Shown here in pieces: positions 12,547 to 26,100 of a stretch of 64,000 bases of DNA. A program made the translations under genes and the position numbers. Within the stretch, counting starts at the first letter, position 1, and each line of letters begins with the position of its first letter. A model generated the notes under the pieces. That model was not told where the DNA came from and did not search any database. It saw only the letters and a program-made list of their open reading frames with translations. Source of the DNA: Fimbriosthenelais zetlandica (lineage: Eukaryota); contig OZ365109.1 in NCBI GenBank assembly GCA_977030845.1, forward strand, positions 46,066,001-46,130,000, given 5' to 3'.

Positions 12547-15500
12547 TTACGCTAGAAGTGGATTGTTTGTAGCATTTAAAGCAGACACGGAGGTCCCTAC
12601 AAAAGGCGCGTCCATGTCCTTCAGTAAATTATCCATCAACAAATCAGGGTCAAAAACGGCATGTTTTTTCTTCTTTTTCGGAGCTGAGATCCGTCTAATA
12701 CTAGATTGGCTTATGGTGGATTTAACATCAGTATGGCCTCTTTCAACTGTTTCCCAGTGTTCATCGTCAGACCATCTCGAGGCCTCACTGATAGGAGAAA
12801 CTGGTCGGTTGGAGCTACCGGTAGATGGACCTGGAGTGCTACCTTGTATGCTTACAAGATCAAGTCCTTCTTCAGTCCCTGATTTCACCTTATTTCTACC
12901 TTGTTTTTGAGCTCGTAATTTCAGCCATTTCTTTGAAGAAGTATTTTTATCCGCATGTACAGATTCAAAACCGGAGTCCCTACTCGTACCCGAGGATTCC
13001 CTGCTATCTGGAATGCCATCGCGCCCTAGCTGCTGCCCCAGATCCCTAGCCTGGTGCAGGGGAACTTGCTTCTTCTTACTCTTTCTTGTACTAGTATTTG
13101 AGGCACTTTCATTGGTGGAATTAAAGTCATTATGGTAATTATTGTTGCTGTGGTTTTCATCGTTATCAACTAAACTATTAACATCAGCGGACCAACCATC
13201 TTGATCTGCGTAACTGGGTGTTCCATCTGAGGCAATGGAAACGTGACTTTTGGCAGACCCAGTCCTCTTTCCCTTAGAACTTGATGTCCTCTTTTTGGCA
13301 GCTTTAAGTTCCTCGATCACCTTATCCTTTTCCCCTAGTTTAAGCTCCAGTTCGATGATCTTGTTCTCTTGCTCGGAGACGCGAGTGGACAGGTCAACAA
13401 TGAGATTAGCACGACCTGGGGCAGATTCCTGATCCATGCTACTACTAGTGCGGCCCGAGAGAGGCAGCTTCTGGCAACTGACCTGCTTAATTTTATCTGC
13501 AATAAACATGAAACAAATGACATGTGCATAAGTCGGTGCATCTTCGGTTGTTTTATATATGAATGGGTTACATAAAATCTGAATTGTTTATTTCAACACG
13601 TTTCAAAGCTGAAACATATGGGTCATCTCGAAAGGTTTCTCCAAAGGATTCGATTTAGAAAAAAAAACTTTTGAGATGGTGTCTTACCTATGAGTTCCAA
13701 ATTTTCCTCTCTGAGCTTCTGAACCTCGTCTTTCATTTCGAAAGCATGGAGTGACGTCTCGTGTTTAGCTTCTGTAATTTGTGAATTCAGGATCCGTATT
13801 TTCTTTTTTTGCTTGATTTTCTGCAAAAGATTTGTTTTTATTGAGAACAACTTTTATTTCAAGTGGAGTGAAGAAGATATCATTATGACTCAAGTGGTAT
13901 GTTACATTATCGAAATTATTATTATTGCTACAATAATAAATTATTAAATGTAAATTATAATTTTCATTATATTTATAGATTCTAGAAGAAAGACATCAGA
14001 TAAGATAAAACGAGAAGAAGTACCAATTTTGATATTTCTTCTTGGATAAGCTTGGTTTCCTTTTCTAATTTCTGTATGTACTGATCTTTTGCAGCGACAG
14101 TGTTAGCACAAACATCATTTGATTTCGTCACTTCTTGGGCGTGGTCTTTCTCAAGCTGTTCTTCTAGTATCTGTATCTGCTCGACAAGATCCAAGTTCTG
14201 ACTTTCTAAGTCACCAACCTGAATAAATAGGAAAGAAATACAAATTACAATACATGTAATTAAACAATAAAGTATAAGAAGGTGCGATGGAGTGACCCAA
14301 TTTCAAACTAGCGCCTTGACTCAGTCAGCATATGACAACAATTATTACTGACAGCGAATTAAACATTGATAAACATTGACAGACCTGTCTGAAAAATTGA
14401 AGATTGAATTGTCTGAATTTACCGTCATGTCGGGAGTGGATATATAATGGCGTGAATGGTATAAATTGTCGGTTAGTTTTGCCAGTTCACGAGGCAAGCC
14501 GACCAATGTTTATTTAAGACGCATGGACTATTCGACAGGAAGTGGGGAGGAGGAGGTAGGGGTGGGGGGAACCTCTAATATCGCCCGGCGAGAGTCTGTT
14601 TACATACACGTTTTTTTGTTCTTGAGCGGGCGAATGTTCATTCTGTACAAATTGATTACTTACCCTACTCCCTATTCTATAAAAAGTAAACGAGAAAATT
14701 GCCGAAAATGGGTGTGGAGGTGGGGGGAGGAGGAGGTAGGGGTGGGGGGAGGAGGAGGTGTACTTCAACACCTTCGCGCTGGTGGCAACAATGGTCGGCC
14801 CGCTGCCAATTATGGTCGGGCGATTGACCTCAAGTACGGTGGCCCAAATGTAGGAACCGCACAATAAAAAAATATTATTTTAAAATGAACAAGGGCCTTC
14901 GGCCACTAAGCAAATAGAAACTAATTTGTTTAAATTTAAGTGTAAAAGACTAAATTTAAAAATAAAATCAATCAGCCCCTGTGGGCAAACTAAGAAAATA
15001 CAAAGTAGCCTAGGCCTCCATTGATTACATGCTAACACTAACAGCAGTTTGAATTTTACCTATAGGCCTAGATCATATAAATGCCTGTAATATTATAATT
15101 ATAGGCTATTAAATTTAGGGCCTATCGGTGACAGTGAAATCGCAATATGGTTTACCGGTATATTACGGATTTATCTTACGGAAATACTAATTAATATTGA
15201 TTTATATTGTCAGTGACATAGTGTATCTAATTGAAGACCAAATTTGGCAGGGCCTAATATTTAGCCTCGGTCTTATTGTCATGTTTTACTATTTGTTTGC
15301 GAATTCCCTGACATGCACTGACATGTATTAAATGAAATATTAAACAAAATATATATATCTGAAAGAGATACTTTTATAATATTCACAACTGGGTCTCTGC
15401 ATAGCCACAGACCTAGGCCTAGCCTACTCATTGTTATACTTGCTATAATACTATTAATAGCACGAAGAGAAAATGGGTTGAGTATTGACCCCTATCTATA

Positions 15501-16704
15501 GGGGGTCTTGGCCATTTTTTTAAAATAGATGTTTGTGGATTTTGTTTTCTTTTTCGTGTTTAGCACTGAATCAATGACCAGGTACCCGTACTTTATATTT
15601 GATTAATTAGCCCACGGGGGCCGAGGGACCTTTCTGAAATAAATAAATTTTAAAATGTTCACAATATTGTGTCGCAATAATCAATGTAGGCCTACGTAAC
15701 ATTATATTTTCTAAGTTGGCCTAAAGGGGCTGACCGATTTTATTTTTAAATTTAATCTTTTACACTTAAATTTAATCAAATTAATTTCTATTTGCTTAGT
15801 GGCCGGAGGCCCTTGTTTGACTTTAAATAACTATGCCATTCATGCCATGAAATACACTCTAGTCTAACATCTCTTTGATGAAATCCTATTTGCAATGGTC
15901 CATTATTATGGAGTAACTGTATTAAAATGTTATAATATAAATCCTACTCCTATATGATCATGCATATCCTTCATGCTAGTCATAGAGAATGTTCGACATC
16001 TATTGTCAATGTTCTGACTTCTCATGAGTATTGACCATAAAGCTGTAGGCCTAGGTACACCTAACCTTTACTTTCAATTTTAGACTTAGTATAAACATGC
16101 TTCATAATTGGCCTACCTGTGTCTGGAGGGTCGTTACTTGTTCGGCTAGAATATCTCTTTCTTTTGTTATTTCAGAAATTGGCCCACATTCCAACTTATT
16201 TTTTTCTCCTGTTGACGCCAAAGTGCCTTGTTTATGAGGACTGAAAATTGAAATGTCAAAAGAATAAAGGCCTATTATTATTATTACTACCGTAATACTA
16301 TTACTATTATTAATGGTCATTATTAATATTATTATTGCATTCCTGAATTTATCGATGTTGCATTTTTGACTAGCCCTAGGCTACATTATGATTTTACGTC
16401 TACGGTCTAGCCTAGTAGTAGTAGTAGTAGTACATAGTCATAGATAATAGTAGACTAAGTGTCACTAATGAGATCTGGGAACTGACAATAACATTAACAA
16501 ATATAGAGTCTACGTGCTTATATTTGGGGGAAATAACCTTTCAAAGAATTCTATAGAAGTGGACGTAGAGGACGGGGTCGCCCCTTCCACCCGAGCCGGT
16601 CCTTCCCGGGGCCCCCGGCCGCTCCCGCCGCCACCATCACTCCGCTCACCACTGACGGAGGCGCTGCTTATAGGTTGTACATTACTGCTAGATCCACTAC
16701 CCAT
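12547..16704 (-). CDS. CCDC192: CCDC192-like coiled-coil protein (5 exons, 522 aa)
   Basis: Exons 16704-16538, 16240-16117, 14218-14024, 13820-13688 and 13496-12547 have compatible phases (2,0,0,1) and give a 1569-nt frame. The segments KIKQKKKIRILNSQ..EMKDEVQKL and LIVDLSTRVSEQENKIIELELKLGEKDKVIEEL resemble vertebrate CCDC192 as I recall it (not searched). The exon-1 donor (AG|gttatt) is weak. Confidence 0.72.
14877..15826. mobile_element. MITE-like or foldback element with about 150-bp inverted arms, in intron 2 of the CCDC192-like gene
   Basis: 14877-15027 (AACAAGGGCCTTCGGCCACTAAGCAAATAGAAA...CATTGATTA) is the reverse complement of 15678-15826, with scattered substitutions. The spacer is about 650 bp, AT-rich and has no coding signal. 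Confidence 0.75.
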
Positions 16705-17058
16705 GATTTTACGTGCTAACACTGATATCTCGAATCAGTATCTCCATCATACAGCACTTTGATATCTCGTAATTGTCCGTAAATGTTAAAATTCCGATGT
16801 AAAATACTCAAGTTTGGACACCCATGATGTGACGTCATGGTTACTGTAAACAACCTTCCCAAGTCTCGCGTTAAATCACGCACCTGTTCGAGCACCTGCG
16901 TTAAATATTTGTTTAGGTTTTTTTCTTAATATAGAATTATTCTCTCAAGTTTCTTTGAAATTACATTTCATTCTAATAAGTATCGATTCGATCTATGTTT
17001 TCTTGGGGAAATAAAAATATCTGTGTCAAGCTGACCCCAATGTTTACTGTCATCAAAC
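16705..17058. promoter_or_regulatory. Putative bidirectional promoter between the CCDC192-like gene and FBXO22
   Basis: Only 354 bp separate the two divergent ATGs. There is a perfect CRE TGACGTCA at 16830-16837 overlapping an X-box-like half site (GTAACCATG on the minus strand). A YY1-like AAACATGGCTGCC spans the FBXO22 start. Confidence 0.6.
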
Positions 17059-20000
17059 ATGGCTGCCTCCTCGGTAAATGCTCAGCCTTGTGCTGAAGCG
17101 GATAGACATTTAGACGATGCCTCATCTCCTCCCGTGACAGACAATGCTGAATTTGTACTGACAGTATTGCACGAAGTTGTGCGATTAATTATGCAGCACC
17201 TTCCAGCCCAGACGTTGAATACATGCGCTCGGTAAGTCTTTCTTCGATCACTTGAACATTCTTCCGACCGTCTCACTCTCAAGTCTCACTCAGTTTAGAC
17301 AGTTGAATATGAGTTACTGAGGCACATTTGATGGTTCAATTTCTGAATGTAATCCCGCTATAAAGGGTCACTCCTGCAATAAACCTCGCAATAATGATAT
17401 ATTTTTGTTAAATTTGATATTTTGTAATGAAGGCAAGATAAGTTGCTACCTAATTTAGGCCCCCCAGCATAGCCAATATAAAATAACATGAGCGATAATA
17501 GGAGTTAGTTGTCCTATCATTATACCGGTACCGGTATAACATGTTTACAACGTATTATCATCATCAGTTCGTTGGAAAATGGGCATTTAATGTTGCTAAA
17601 ATTATTATTTTTCTAGAGTATGCAGATGTTGGCGTGATGTTGCGAGGAAAGTGAAGAAATCAAGGCAAAAACATATGTGGCTTTTATATCAAGGAGATGT
17701 ACCAGATGCTGATATCCACGAAGAATTTGGGGCGAAGTTACCAGTAAGTAAAGAGTACTGGTCGTCTAGATGATAGTTTTTTAAATACGATACTTATATT
17801 ACCGGTATATATAATAATATATCTAAAAGAAGTGAATCACAGTTAGCTAGAGCTTTTCTACGGATAGATAACTATACCGGTAGTTGTATGGTAGCCTACA
17901 TATGTAGGCCTACGACTATTTCAGCAATGACGAAAACCTCCCTTATGAATAGGGAGAAATCTGTATTTTATAGACAATAAATATTTATTTTGCAAAATTA
18001 CTGAAGGCTAAGAAGTATTGTATCACCTCTGTATTGAAATCAGCCTCGCCTTATATTTGTTTTCTTTGGAATTCCGCCTAAAGATTGAAATGAATTTTAT
18101 TTTAACTTTAGGAGCTGCCTGGAGAGCCCAGCTCGGCCCTTCTACTTTGTACATTAACCTTATACGAGGAGACAGTGAGCGTTCCCGCCAAGTCCATGAC
18201 TGATTCCCAGCGTTGTCCTCGAGCTGCTAAACAGGAGAAGGTTAAAGCTGTAGATTATATGCTGCGGACTCTGCCATCGTCCTGCCAAATAACAGGGATA
18301 GTAGCCGACGGCACTGTTGGTACGAATATTCTCACATTTAATTGTTGGTCACCGTTTGAAATTTTATCCAGGTTTCCCATCCTAGATAATGTACGTCTAG
18401 GGGAAGGGGAGGGGAATATATAATAGGGAATAGAGAACAGGAAACACTAATTGTGGAATGGTACGCTATTTAGAGTATACGCGGGAAAATTAACTTTGAA
18501 ATAATATAACTAGTGCAGTACAAAGTATTCATATTAATTAACGATACATGTACCGTATGCCCAATAAATACCCTATATAATGCGCCTATTGTCAGCTGAG
18601 TCAAAGTATATGTTTTCTGATCAGACGGGAACGTATATATCACTTCAAAAATTTGCAACCTTGAAAAATTGTGCAGCAACTAAATCCTAATGGACTTCAT
18701 TTCTTACCTTCAGTTACAAGTACAGACTCCAAGTTAGTGCGCGAGATGGAGGGACTGCCGGGAGCGTCATGCCTCATGTTCCCTAAGATGGACGGAGTTG
18801 ACATCTACACCTTCTTCACGGGTAACCACCTCCAAGAGATGATCCAAGGCGTGTGTACCACCAATGGTGTGGATGACGGTGGGAGGCCGGCCGAGCGACC
18901 CACCCCCGAGTCTGCCCAGGCCCTCAGGGCCATCACCGGGATCCCCGAGGGAAAGGAGCCGCGAGTGGTCTTCTTGTTCCATACGGAACACTTCTACTAC
19001 ATTAACGCTGATATCGGCTACGCTCTCATGAACCACTACGACAAGGTGGTGGTGGCTGGTGGCTACGTGGATCACCTCCTGCCAGAGGACGATTCAGACC
19101 AAGATTCAGATTCAGAGTAAGTTAATGTGTTCACTTTTCCAGGCTTCCAAGCCAGCTTAGATAATAACAGGGGAAAAGTTTTCCTTTTTTCAGTCAGGGA
19201 AAAATCGGGGAATTTAAAAAAGAAAATGTAATGATTAAGATCAGGGAATTTGATTGGTATATATTATTTTTAATTTTCAATAATTCCACAACGATTAAGG
19301 CTGGCTAACAGGCTTAATGGAAGATGTATCAAAATGGAATTATGTTCAAAATTACAGACTGGCACTCTACATATTTTTCTTAGTTTTGGACTAGAAAATC
19401 GGCAGATAAATAAATGATATGAAAGTGTTTTTAAAAATTTTAATGAAGACATAAATTTTATGTTTATGAAAATATCAAACCCTCATATTAGATTTTGTTA
19501 AATTTTACAAAAATTATCCTGTGTAAGCCTACATGAAGACGTATGTAAACTTAATATTTATAATCGTGAGGTTAATCGTTATTCTTTATCCATTATTCTT
19601 TATTTTATTTTGCCAACATAATAGTATGTATAATAGATTTCACTGAACTAAGTTAACATGTGTGCCGTTTATTTTAGGTCTGAAGAAACAATTCTGATGG
19701 GAATGGCCTTCTGTGGAGACAACATCAAAATGGCTTCCGTTGTTTTAAGGAGTGACGTCAAAACACGGAACGATGTGGAAAACACTCTCAAAAAACTGAA
19801 AAACAGCAAGATACCCGCGGACGAGAACACTATAGGTTTCATGTTTGCTTGTATCGGTCGGGGCCAAGGATACTACAAAGGCGAACAGAATGTAGAAGCT
19901 GATGCCTTCCACAAGCTTTTCCCCAAAGTCCCTTTATTTGGGTTTTTCGGTAACGGGGAAGTTGGGTTCGATTACCTGCCCGACTACTCCAAGCCCCAGT

Positions 20001-20116
20001 CTGAAGCCCAGGACAATGGAGATGCAAATTCTCATTCTAGACTGCTTGAACTGCCGGAAATTCACCACTCATATACGACCATCTTCGTCCTCATGTCACT
20101 GGGCAAGAATTCCTGA
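17059..20116 (+). CDS. FBXO22: F-box only protein 22 (F-box plus FIST domains; 5 exons, 449 aa)
   Basis: Exons 17059-17231, 17617-17743, 18112-18319, 18714-19116 and 19678-20116 give a 1350-nt frame. F-box FVLTVLHEVVRLIMQHLPAQTLNTCARVCRCWR; FIST_C motifs GFMFACIGRG and PLFGFFGNGEVG; C-terminal HSYTTIFVLMSLG as in FBXO22. Confidence 0.93.
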
Positions 20117-21961
20117 TCTTTTGGTGTACTACTCTTCGTTGTATGTGTATGTGGGAATGTTTCTGTGAACTATCTGTAATGGCTACTATTCCCATTGCAG
20201 CCCTCCCAGTGAAACCTTGATAAGTAGTTTTTGGGTCTTTCTTTAATTCCTGCAGTTCGTTCTCTTTCAAACAGTATTATTTTTTTTTTATTAAATTGAG
20301 GTCTGGATCCTGGTTACCATAGGCCTACTACATGAATTACATTTGAAAGCAAAATGATAATTTTAAATCTGCAAAATTATAATTTTAAAGCGGGTCTATC
20401 ACCGATCTTTTCGACATGCAGTTCGACATGAATCTGCGAGGTCCCAGGTTTAATTGGACAAGCATGCTTCAAATTTGTCATTGTCCTTGTCCACACAGTG
20501 CGGCTAAATGTATTATCAATTCAATGTGAAACTATGTCTCTCACTATCTGTGGTGAAAGGCATGTAAAAGAAGAGCAAGTAGAGCAGACCATTATGCGCC
20601 GACATCATGTTTCCTCTTCCTACTGAAAAGAGCTGATAAGTTGTGGACTAGAAATTGTCAACCACTCCCCAAATTTATATTAAAAAAAATAATAATTAAA
20701 ATTTATCCATTTGCTGGGAATGTTGCTATTGTCTTCCCTTCCATTTATTGCTCTGCGTCGCAGAGCTTTTGGTGTTGTGCTGTTTTTGGTCTCATATTTC
20801 TTGAACATTTGGATTCAGATTATGGGAAAATTTAATATTTCAATTTCTAACATCTCTGTCACGCTTGTTAAATTATATTTATAGCCTTCAACAGCCGGCT
20901 GTTCGGCCCACTTAGTGCAAATAAAAGCTGGTGCAAATTTCATGTAAGCCTATAGCTGAATAGTAAATCATGTTTTAATAGAGATTTATATTCTCAGCAT
21001 AGAAGAATGGCAATATATGTGCGATTTGTTGGATTTTCATTTTGTAGACCGTGAAGTATCCAAATGTCTTGCGAACGTATTACTTCTTTATTTGTAAATT
21101 TGGTCTTGTAATTAGTATATTTGTACTGGGCAAAAGGAATTGAGTGAAGGCAAATAAAATAAAATTAAATAAGGGAATTTTTGTAGCTGGTGCTGCCGTT
21201 AAATAATGTAGACATAAATTAAAGTTTCCTGAGGAACTATTTACAATAGGAATACATTACAGACTCGAAATTCTGTATAGAAGTAGATATACAGATCTAT
21301 AATATGTTAATAATGTGTGGCCTATATTATATTGGAGGCTCATTGTATCTTTGGCAAATTTAATTCTTATTAAGGTCTGAAGTATAAATATAACATTTGC
21401 TAATACATACCGTGTACCGTATGTAATAATATTTGGCACTTTCGATCTATAAGTTCGTGATTATCAGACTATTGCCCTAATACATGTATTACTTGGGGTA
21501 AAAATTCCCCCGAACCGAAGTACCGGTACATGTATTTAATAGTGTGTTCAAAACTTCAATGCTTAAATTTTTTGTCTTAAGAGGGAAATCTAAAGAAGAA
21601 TACATTGACGTTTTTTTTTATTATAAGGAAATTGTAGGGTAAATTTAGGCCCACCAGTCGATTATTTTCTTGTGTTAAAAGTGTTTAAAATTATGCAACA
21701 TGTATGTTGACATTTTTTTTCTCTTCTCATTACTTCAGCGGTGTGTATGCTGTAATTGTATATAATTATCATGAAATATTTTATATACCGTACCGCTGAA
21801 GTGAAAAAAAGTGCTTCAGTAGACATAATGCATGAACCGGTACTGTACTTTCTATTTTGAGGATGTACTATTTTAGATTTGTCATCAATGAATTAAAAAT
21901 TTAAAAGTTTGAAATGGATCTAGTAGTTCTTATCTTGCGCGTTCAAGAAAACACATGCAGG

Positions 21962-22872
21962 TAGGCCTACATGTATATATAGGCCTATCTGTGCTAACCT
22001 ATAAATTTATTTCCCTTTAATATTGCCAAAATATTATTTTCAGTACCTGGGTAATTATTTATGGGGCCTAGGCATAGGCAGGCCTAGACATAGGCTACCG
22101 TAGGCCTACCTGGTCGCTGGGTAGGTTCAACTTTAGAGGGCCTTTTTTTCCTAGAATGCGCATTATCATGTAGGCCTACATTATCCGTTCTGGATGATAA
22201 TGTCTTGGAACCCAAAAGAGTGAGTCTTGGAAATAATTTGTTTGTAGGCCTACATAACTGTCATATCAAGATAGGAAAACGCCATCAAGTCCCGACTAGT
22301 TCTTTTGTATTAGGTTCGTGATCTCTGCCATAGGCCTATAGGCATAGATAGTGGAGTATCATGGCCTTCTTATCTATGGGCCATAATACTTTGTCATAAG
22401 CCTTCGGTACTAAGAATTCTCAGATAAATTTGCTTCCGAATAAATTTTCTAATAAAGACGGAACTAGACCCGGACTTGCCTGGATCGATATCTGCAAGCG
22501 AAGCGAATCGATAATGGCTGGCTACCGAACGCAACCGGGGGCACTCGGAACCAAAGTGGGTCGGGTTGGGACTTATGCTTCGGAATGTTGCAGTCCCTGT
22601 GATTTTCAATGAATTTTGCTAGATATCACAGAGCGTAATTTTTTTCATGAAAAATAGATTTACAAAAAATATGACTGGATAAATTGCGGTAGGGGGCCTA
22701 CCGGAACTACAGGCTAGTAGGCCTATGACAAATCTAAACCGTTACCGACAAATTAATTAGCGTAGCCTAGCTTATATAGGACATTATAGGCATAGACATA
22801 GGCCTACTGTTACATATCGGTTACATTACATGCACCAAAAAGTAGGCCTTCCGGGCCCTAGGCCTAGGCCTA
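21962..22872. repeat. Dense TAGGCCTA palindrome cluster upstream of NKCC coding exon 1
   Basis: 10 exact TAGGCCTA counted by eye in about 910 bp, plus TACCGGTA and near matches. Confidence 0.85.
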
Positions 22873-23191
22873 TGGCCTGTAGACGGTCTACCGGTACCGC
22901 CTACCGATTCCTATTTAAAGACCAGTGGAAGAAAGGTTAGCTAGGCTCAGAAAAAAACAACTGCAAGTCTGTGTGGGATTATATAAATATCACAATCATT
23001 TTATTATTAAATAGGCATAGGTTACAGGTATGGTCTCTGTCGTACAGTAACTTTAATAAGATCTACCACTTCCTTTCAGAGACAGAGTGCCACTCCCCCA
23101 GTGCCTCTCGTGGGGAATCCTTCAGTGACGTCATTCGCAGAGTAGGAATATATGAGGGAACCCCATTGGTGCTCCAGCCATCAATCGAAAA

Positions 23192-26100
23192 ATGGCTGAT
23201 ACCGGAGAGGATCTATCCGCGATGCGGGAGCCCGACAGGCCAAGGTATGCCAAGTTTACCATCTCAGAACCGACTTCAGACAATCCTCTTGTGCCAACCG
23301 ACGACAAAAGAGAAGATGGGATCCCCCGGGTTCAGAGTAAGTCCCGATTCAAAGTTGCACGTGTGGAATTTACCTCGGAGGAGCCAGGCCCGGGAGAGGG
23401 CGATGGACAGTCTGAGTGGAAAAGTCAACCGGCAAAACAACACGAGGCTCCGGGTCAGGGAGACAGTAACAACACCGGGAACCAAGCCCCCAGAGTCCGT
23501 ACCCGAAGCAGACAAGAGTCAGTCTGTAGCAATGAGAATGGCACCATTGGTAGCTCACCCCCTACCTCACCAAATACTTATGATCAGCATAATTCACAAA
23601 GTTATGACACTCACAATCTCAAGACTTTTGGTCACAACACGTTGGAGACCTTGCCCCACATGGACCACTATAGAAACCTATTGTCGACTGCTGGCAACAT
23701 CCGTAAGAGGCCCACCCTTCTTGAACTGCATGAACTGGAAAAGGTCAGTAGAGGTCAACATTATGAATAAATTTATTGAAATAGCTAATAGGCTTAAATA
23801 CTGTGAAATCTCCATTTGTAAACCCATCTCATCTGTCGTGATCAAGACGTACCTGTGAATCCATTTTTCAAACTGACAGGTGCAAATACACATCTACAAT
23901 ACACATGTACATGTACATCAGGCACCTCTGATTAGGGAACAGGGTCGGGGAATTAACACTTTTGAAGTTTTTCTGTCCCCAAAAATTCACTAACGTACGG
24001 TAAACACATGGAGAGTGTTGGCTACCATGGCATAACTATTAGTACCGGTAGGCCTATAATAATTAGCCAAAAAGAAAGGTGCCCAAGTTTTTTTTTTCAT
24101 TTCTAAGCTCTGGTTCGGTCTGCACGAGGATAAAACATTGAGTGAATGTGGTTGAATGATAAACAATGGCTGTCACAGACACCCACGTGGCACCATGTGC
24201 TCCCTTATGTGAAGCATGAATGAATGAGGTACCGTACGGTAGGTTATAAATGGCTTTAAAGTGTCTATGAATAATATGATGGACTGGCATTCCCCTGTTA
24301 TGTGGACATCATAATCCTATAAAAATTCATAATCTTTGTGTACCGTACCGGTGTTTAAATTTTAATCACATTTTTGTATAGATTAGATTTACAATGTCTA
24401 TATCACAGCCAAAATGAATACGTACCGTACCGTACAGCAGCTGTGGATATGACCAAACTATAAGATTACCATTTTGATCAAAATGTAATACCGTTACTTA
24501 GGGGTGACAAGATTTAAAGGGAATTATGGCATCACTTCAGTTTAAATTGTGATATAGGCCTAGGCCTAACAATAACTTAGTAACATGGGAAATTCCTGAT
24601 CATCCTTATCCAAGTTATTATATATACCGATATCGCTAGTTTACGGAACGGTATAGGCCTACTGATAAACGTGTAGCCTACATTGAAAAAAATTACTACG
24701 TCTTGTAGCCTACCGGTATATATTTTTCAATATTCTGTTATACCGGTGCAAGAGGCCATTGGAAATTCAGTGAACATCTCTGATAAGTTAGTGAACACCT
24801 CTGAATGTTAGTCCGAAAACTTATGTTTCCACAGTCCTACGGCACCCTCCGATAAGATCACCTTTATTTTAATTATAATTGAGCAGGTAGTCTATCCATA
24901 CAGTGTGTCACTTTTCTATATACCGGGTACATTAATTCATTAATATTTCATTAGTGCTGTAATACTGCTGAAATGCCATTTCCATTGGACTGAATAGTCT
25001 CGTCAGGCCGTATCAATAATGGCTGCGCTTGCAATCACTTTGGATCATTCTGGTTGATGCACAGTAATATAATACTGTTTTGTGCCGGGTTCTGTGTGTT
25101 GAAAATCATTTAGACAGCTTTTGGCCGATATATAATAATACGGAACTATTCAGAAATGTTGTGCTCACAATGGCACGTATTCCTAATTCATTAGCAGTGT
25201 GCATACTGATATCGATTTTAAAAATTTAGATTTTCTCGATGTAAGTTGTATACTACTTCCTTTGGAAAGGAAATCCAATTCATGTCATAAATCTCTCATG
25301 ACTATTATGGGTACATAATTATCAATATCCACAATCTATACCTTATCGTTCAGCACTTTCACTAAAACATCAGGTTTATATAATATAACGAAATTAACGT
25401 TTTGAACAGAATGATATAATGCCTGTACATAAAATAGGTTTATCTAATCAACACCTCAAGAACTTGAGAAGTCCTTTACAAAAGTGTTTATAGTTGCAAT
25501 TCAGAGGTGATCAATAATGAATCATATATATTCGTCACTTAGCATTAGCAATGGAAGATCTGTAAATGTAATAACACTTGTAATGAAACTTTAAAAGCTT
25601 CCACATATTAAAAGCTAAAGCTAGGGTTAATATTGAGATTCAAGGTGGTCTAGTACGTGATCATATCGGGTACCATCTTTGTGCTGCTTGTGCTGGCAGC
25701 TGATTTTGCTCTTGAAAGCTATCTTTTTTCCCTTCCCAGGCATATGATGCCATTTTCTTCCATTGCTGGGCCTTGGTGTTAACCCTTGCCTTATTGTCAG
25801 ACGTGTGTCTGCCAGACAACATGCAACAGATATTAAACCGTAGGAAAAAACGTAAATGGGAGGATTGTGCTAATCTGCCTGTCTGTCGTTTGGATTGTGA
25901 CTTCAGGCCTTACCTCAACTCCTCTCACTTCCCAAGCTTTATTCCCTCTTTTTCTCCCACTGCTGGAATTGCTGAAGTTGTTAGTTTGAAACTTTCTGAT
26001 TGTTTCTGGATTCAATGCAATTTGATACGAGTTCACAAATGTCAGACATGGAATGTCCATTGACGCCTGTCCATGGTATTGAGTTAATTTATTGCAGCTG

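Noticed and set aside
14466-14867. 133-aa and 116-aa overlapping ORFs
   Set aside because: They derive from a G-rich duplicated repeat block inside an intron.
22971-23858. 295-aa ORF overlapping NKCC exon 1 in another frame
   Set aside because: A likely by-product of GC-rich coding sequence. The NKCC motifs lie in the 23192 frame.
25773-26063. 96-aa intronic ORF behind an acceptor-like site
   Set aside because: No matching donor, it ends in a stop codon, and it has no recognisable domain.
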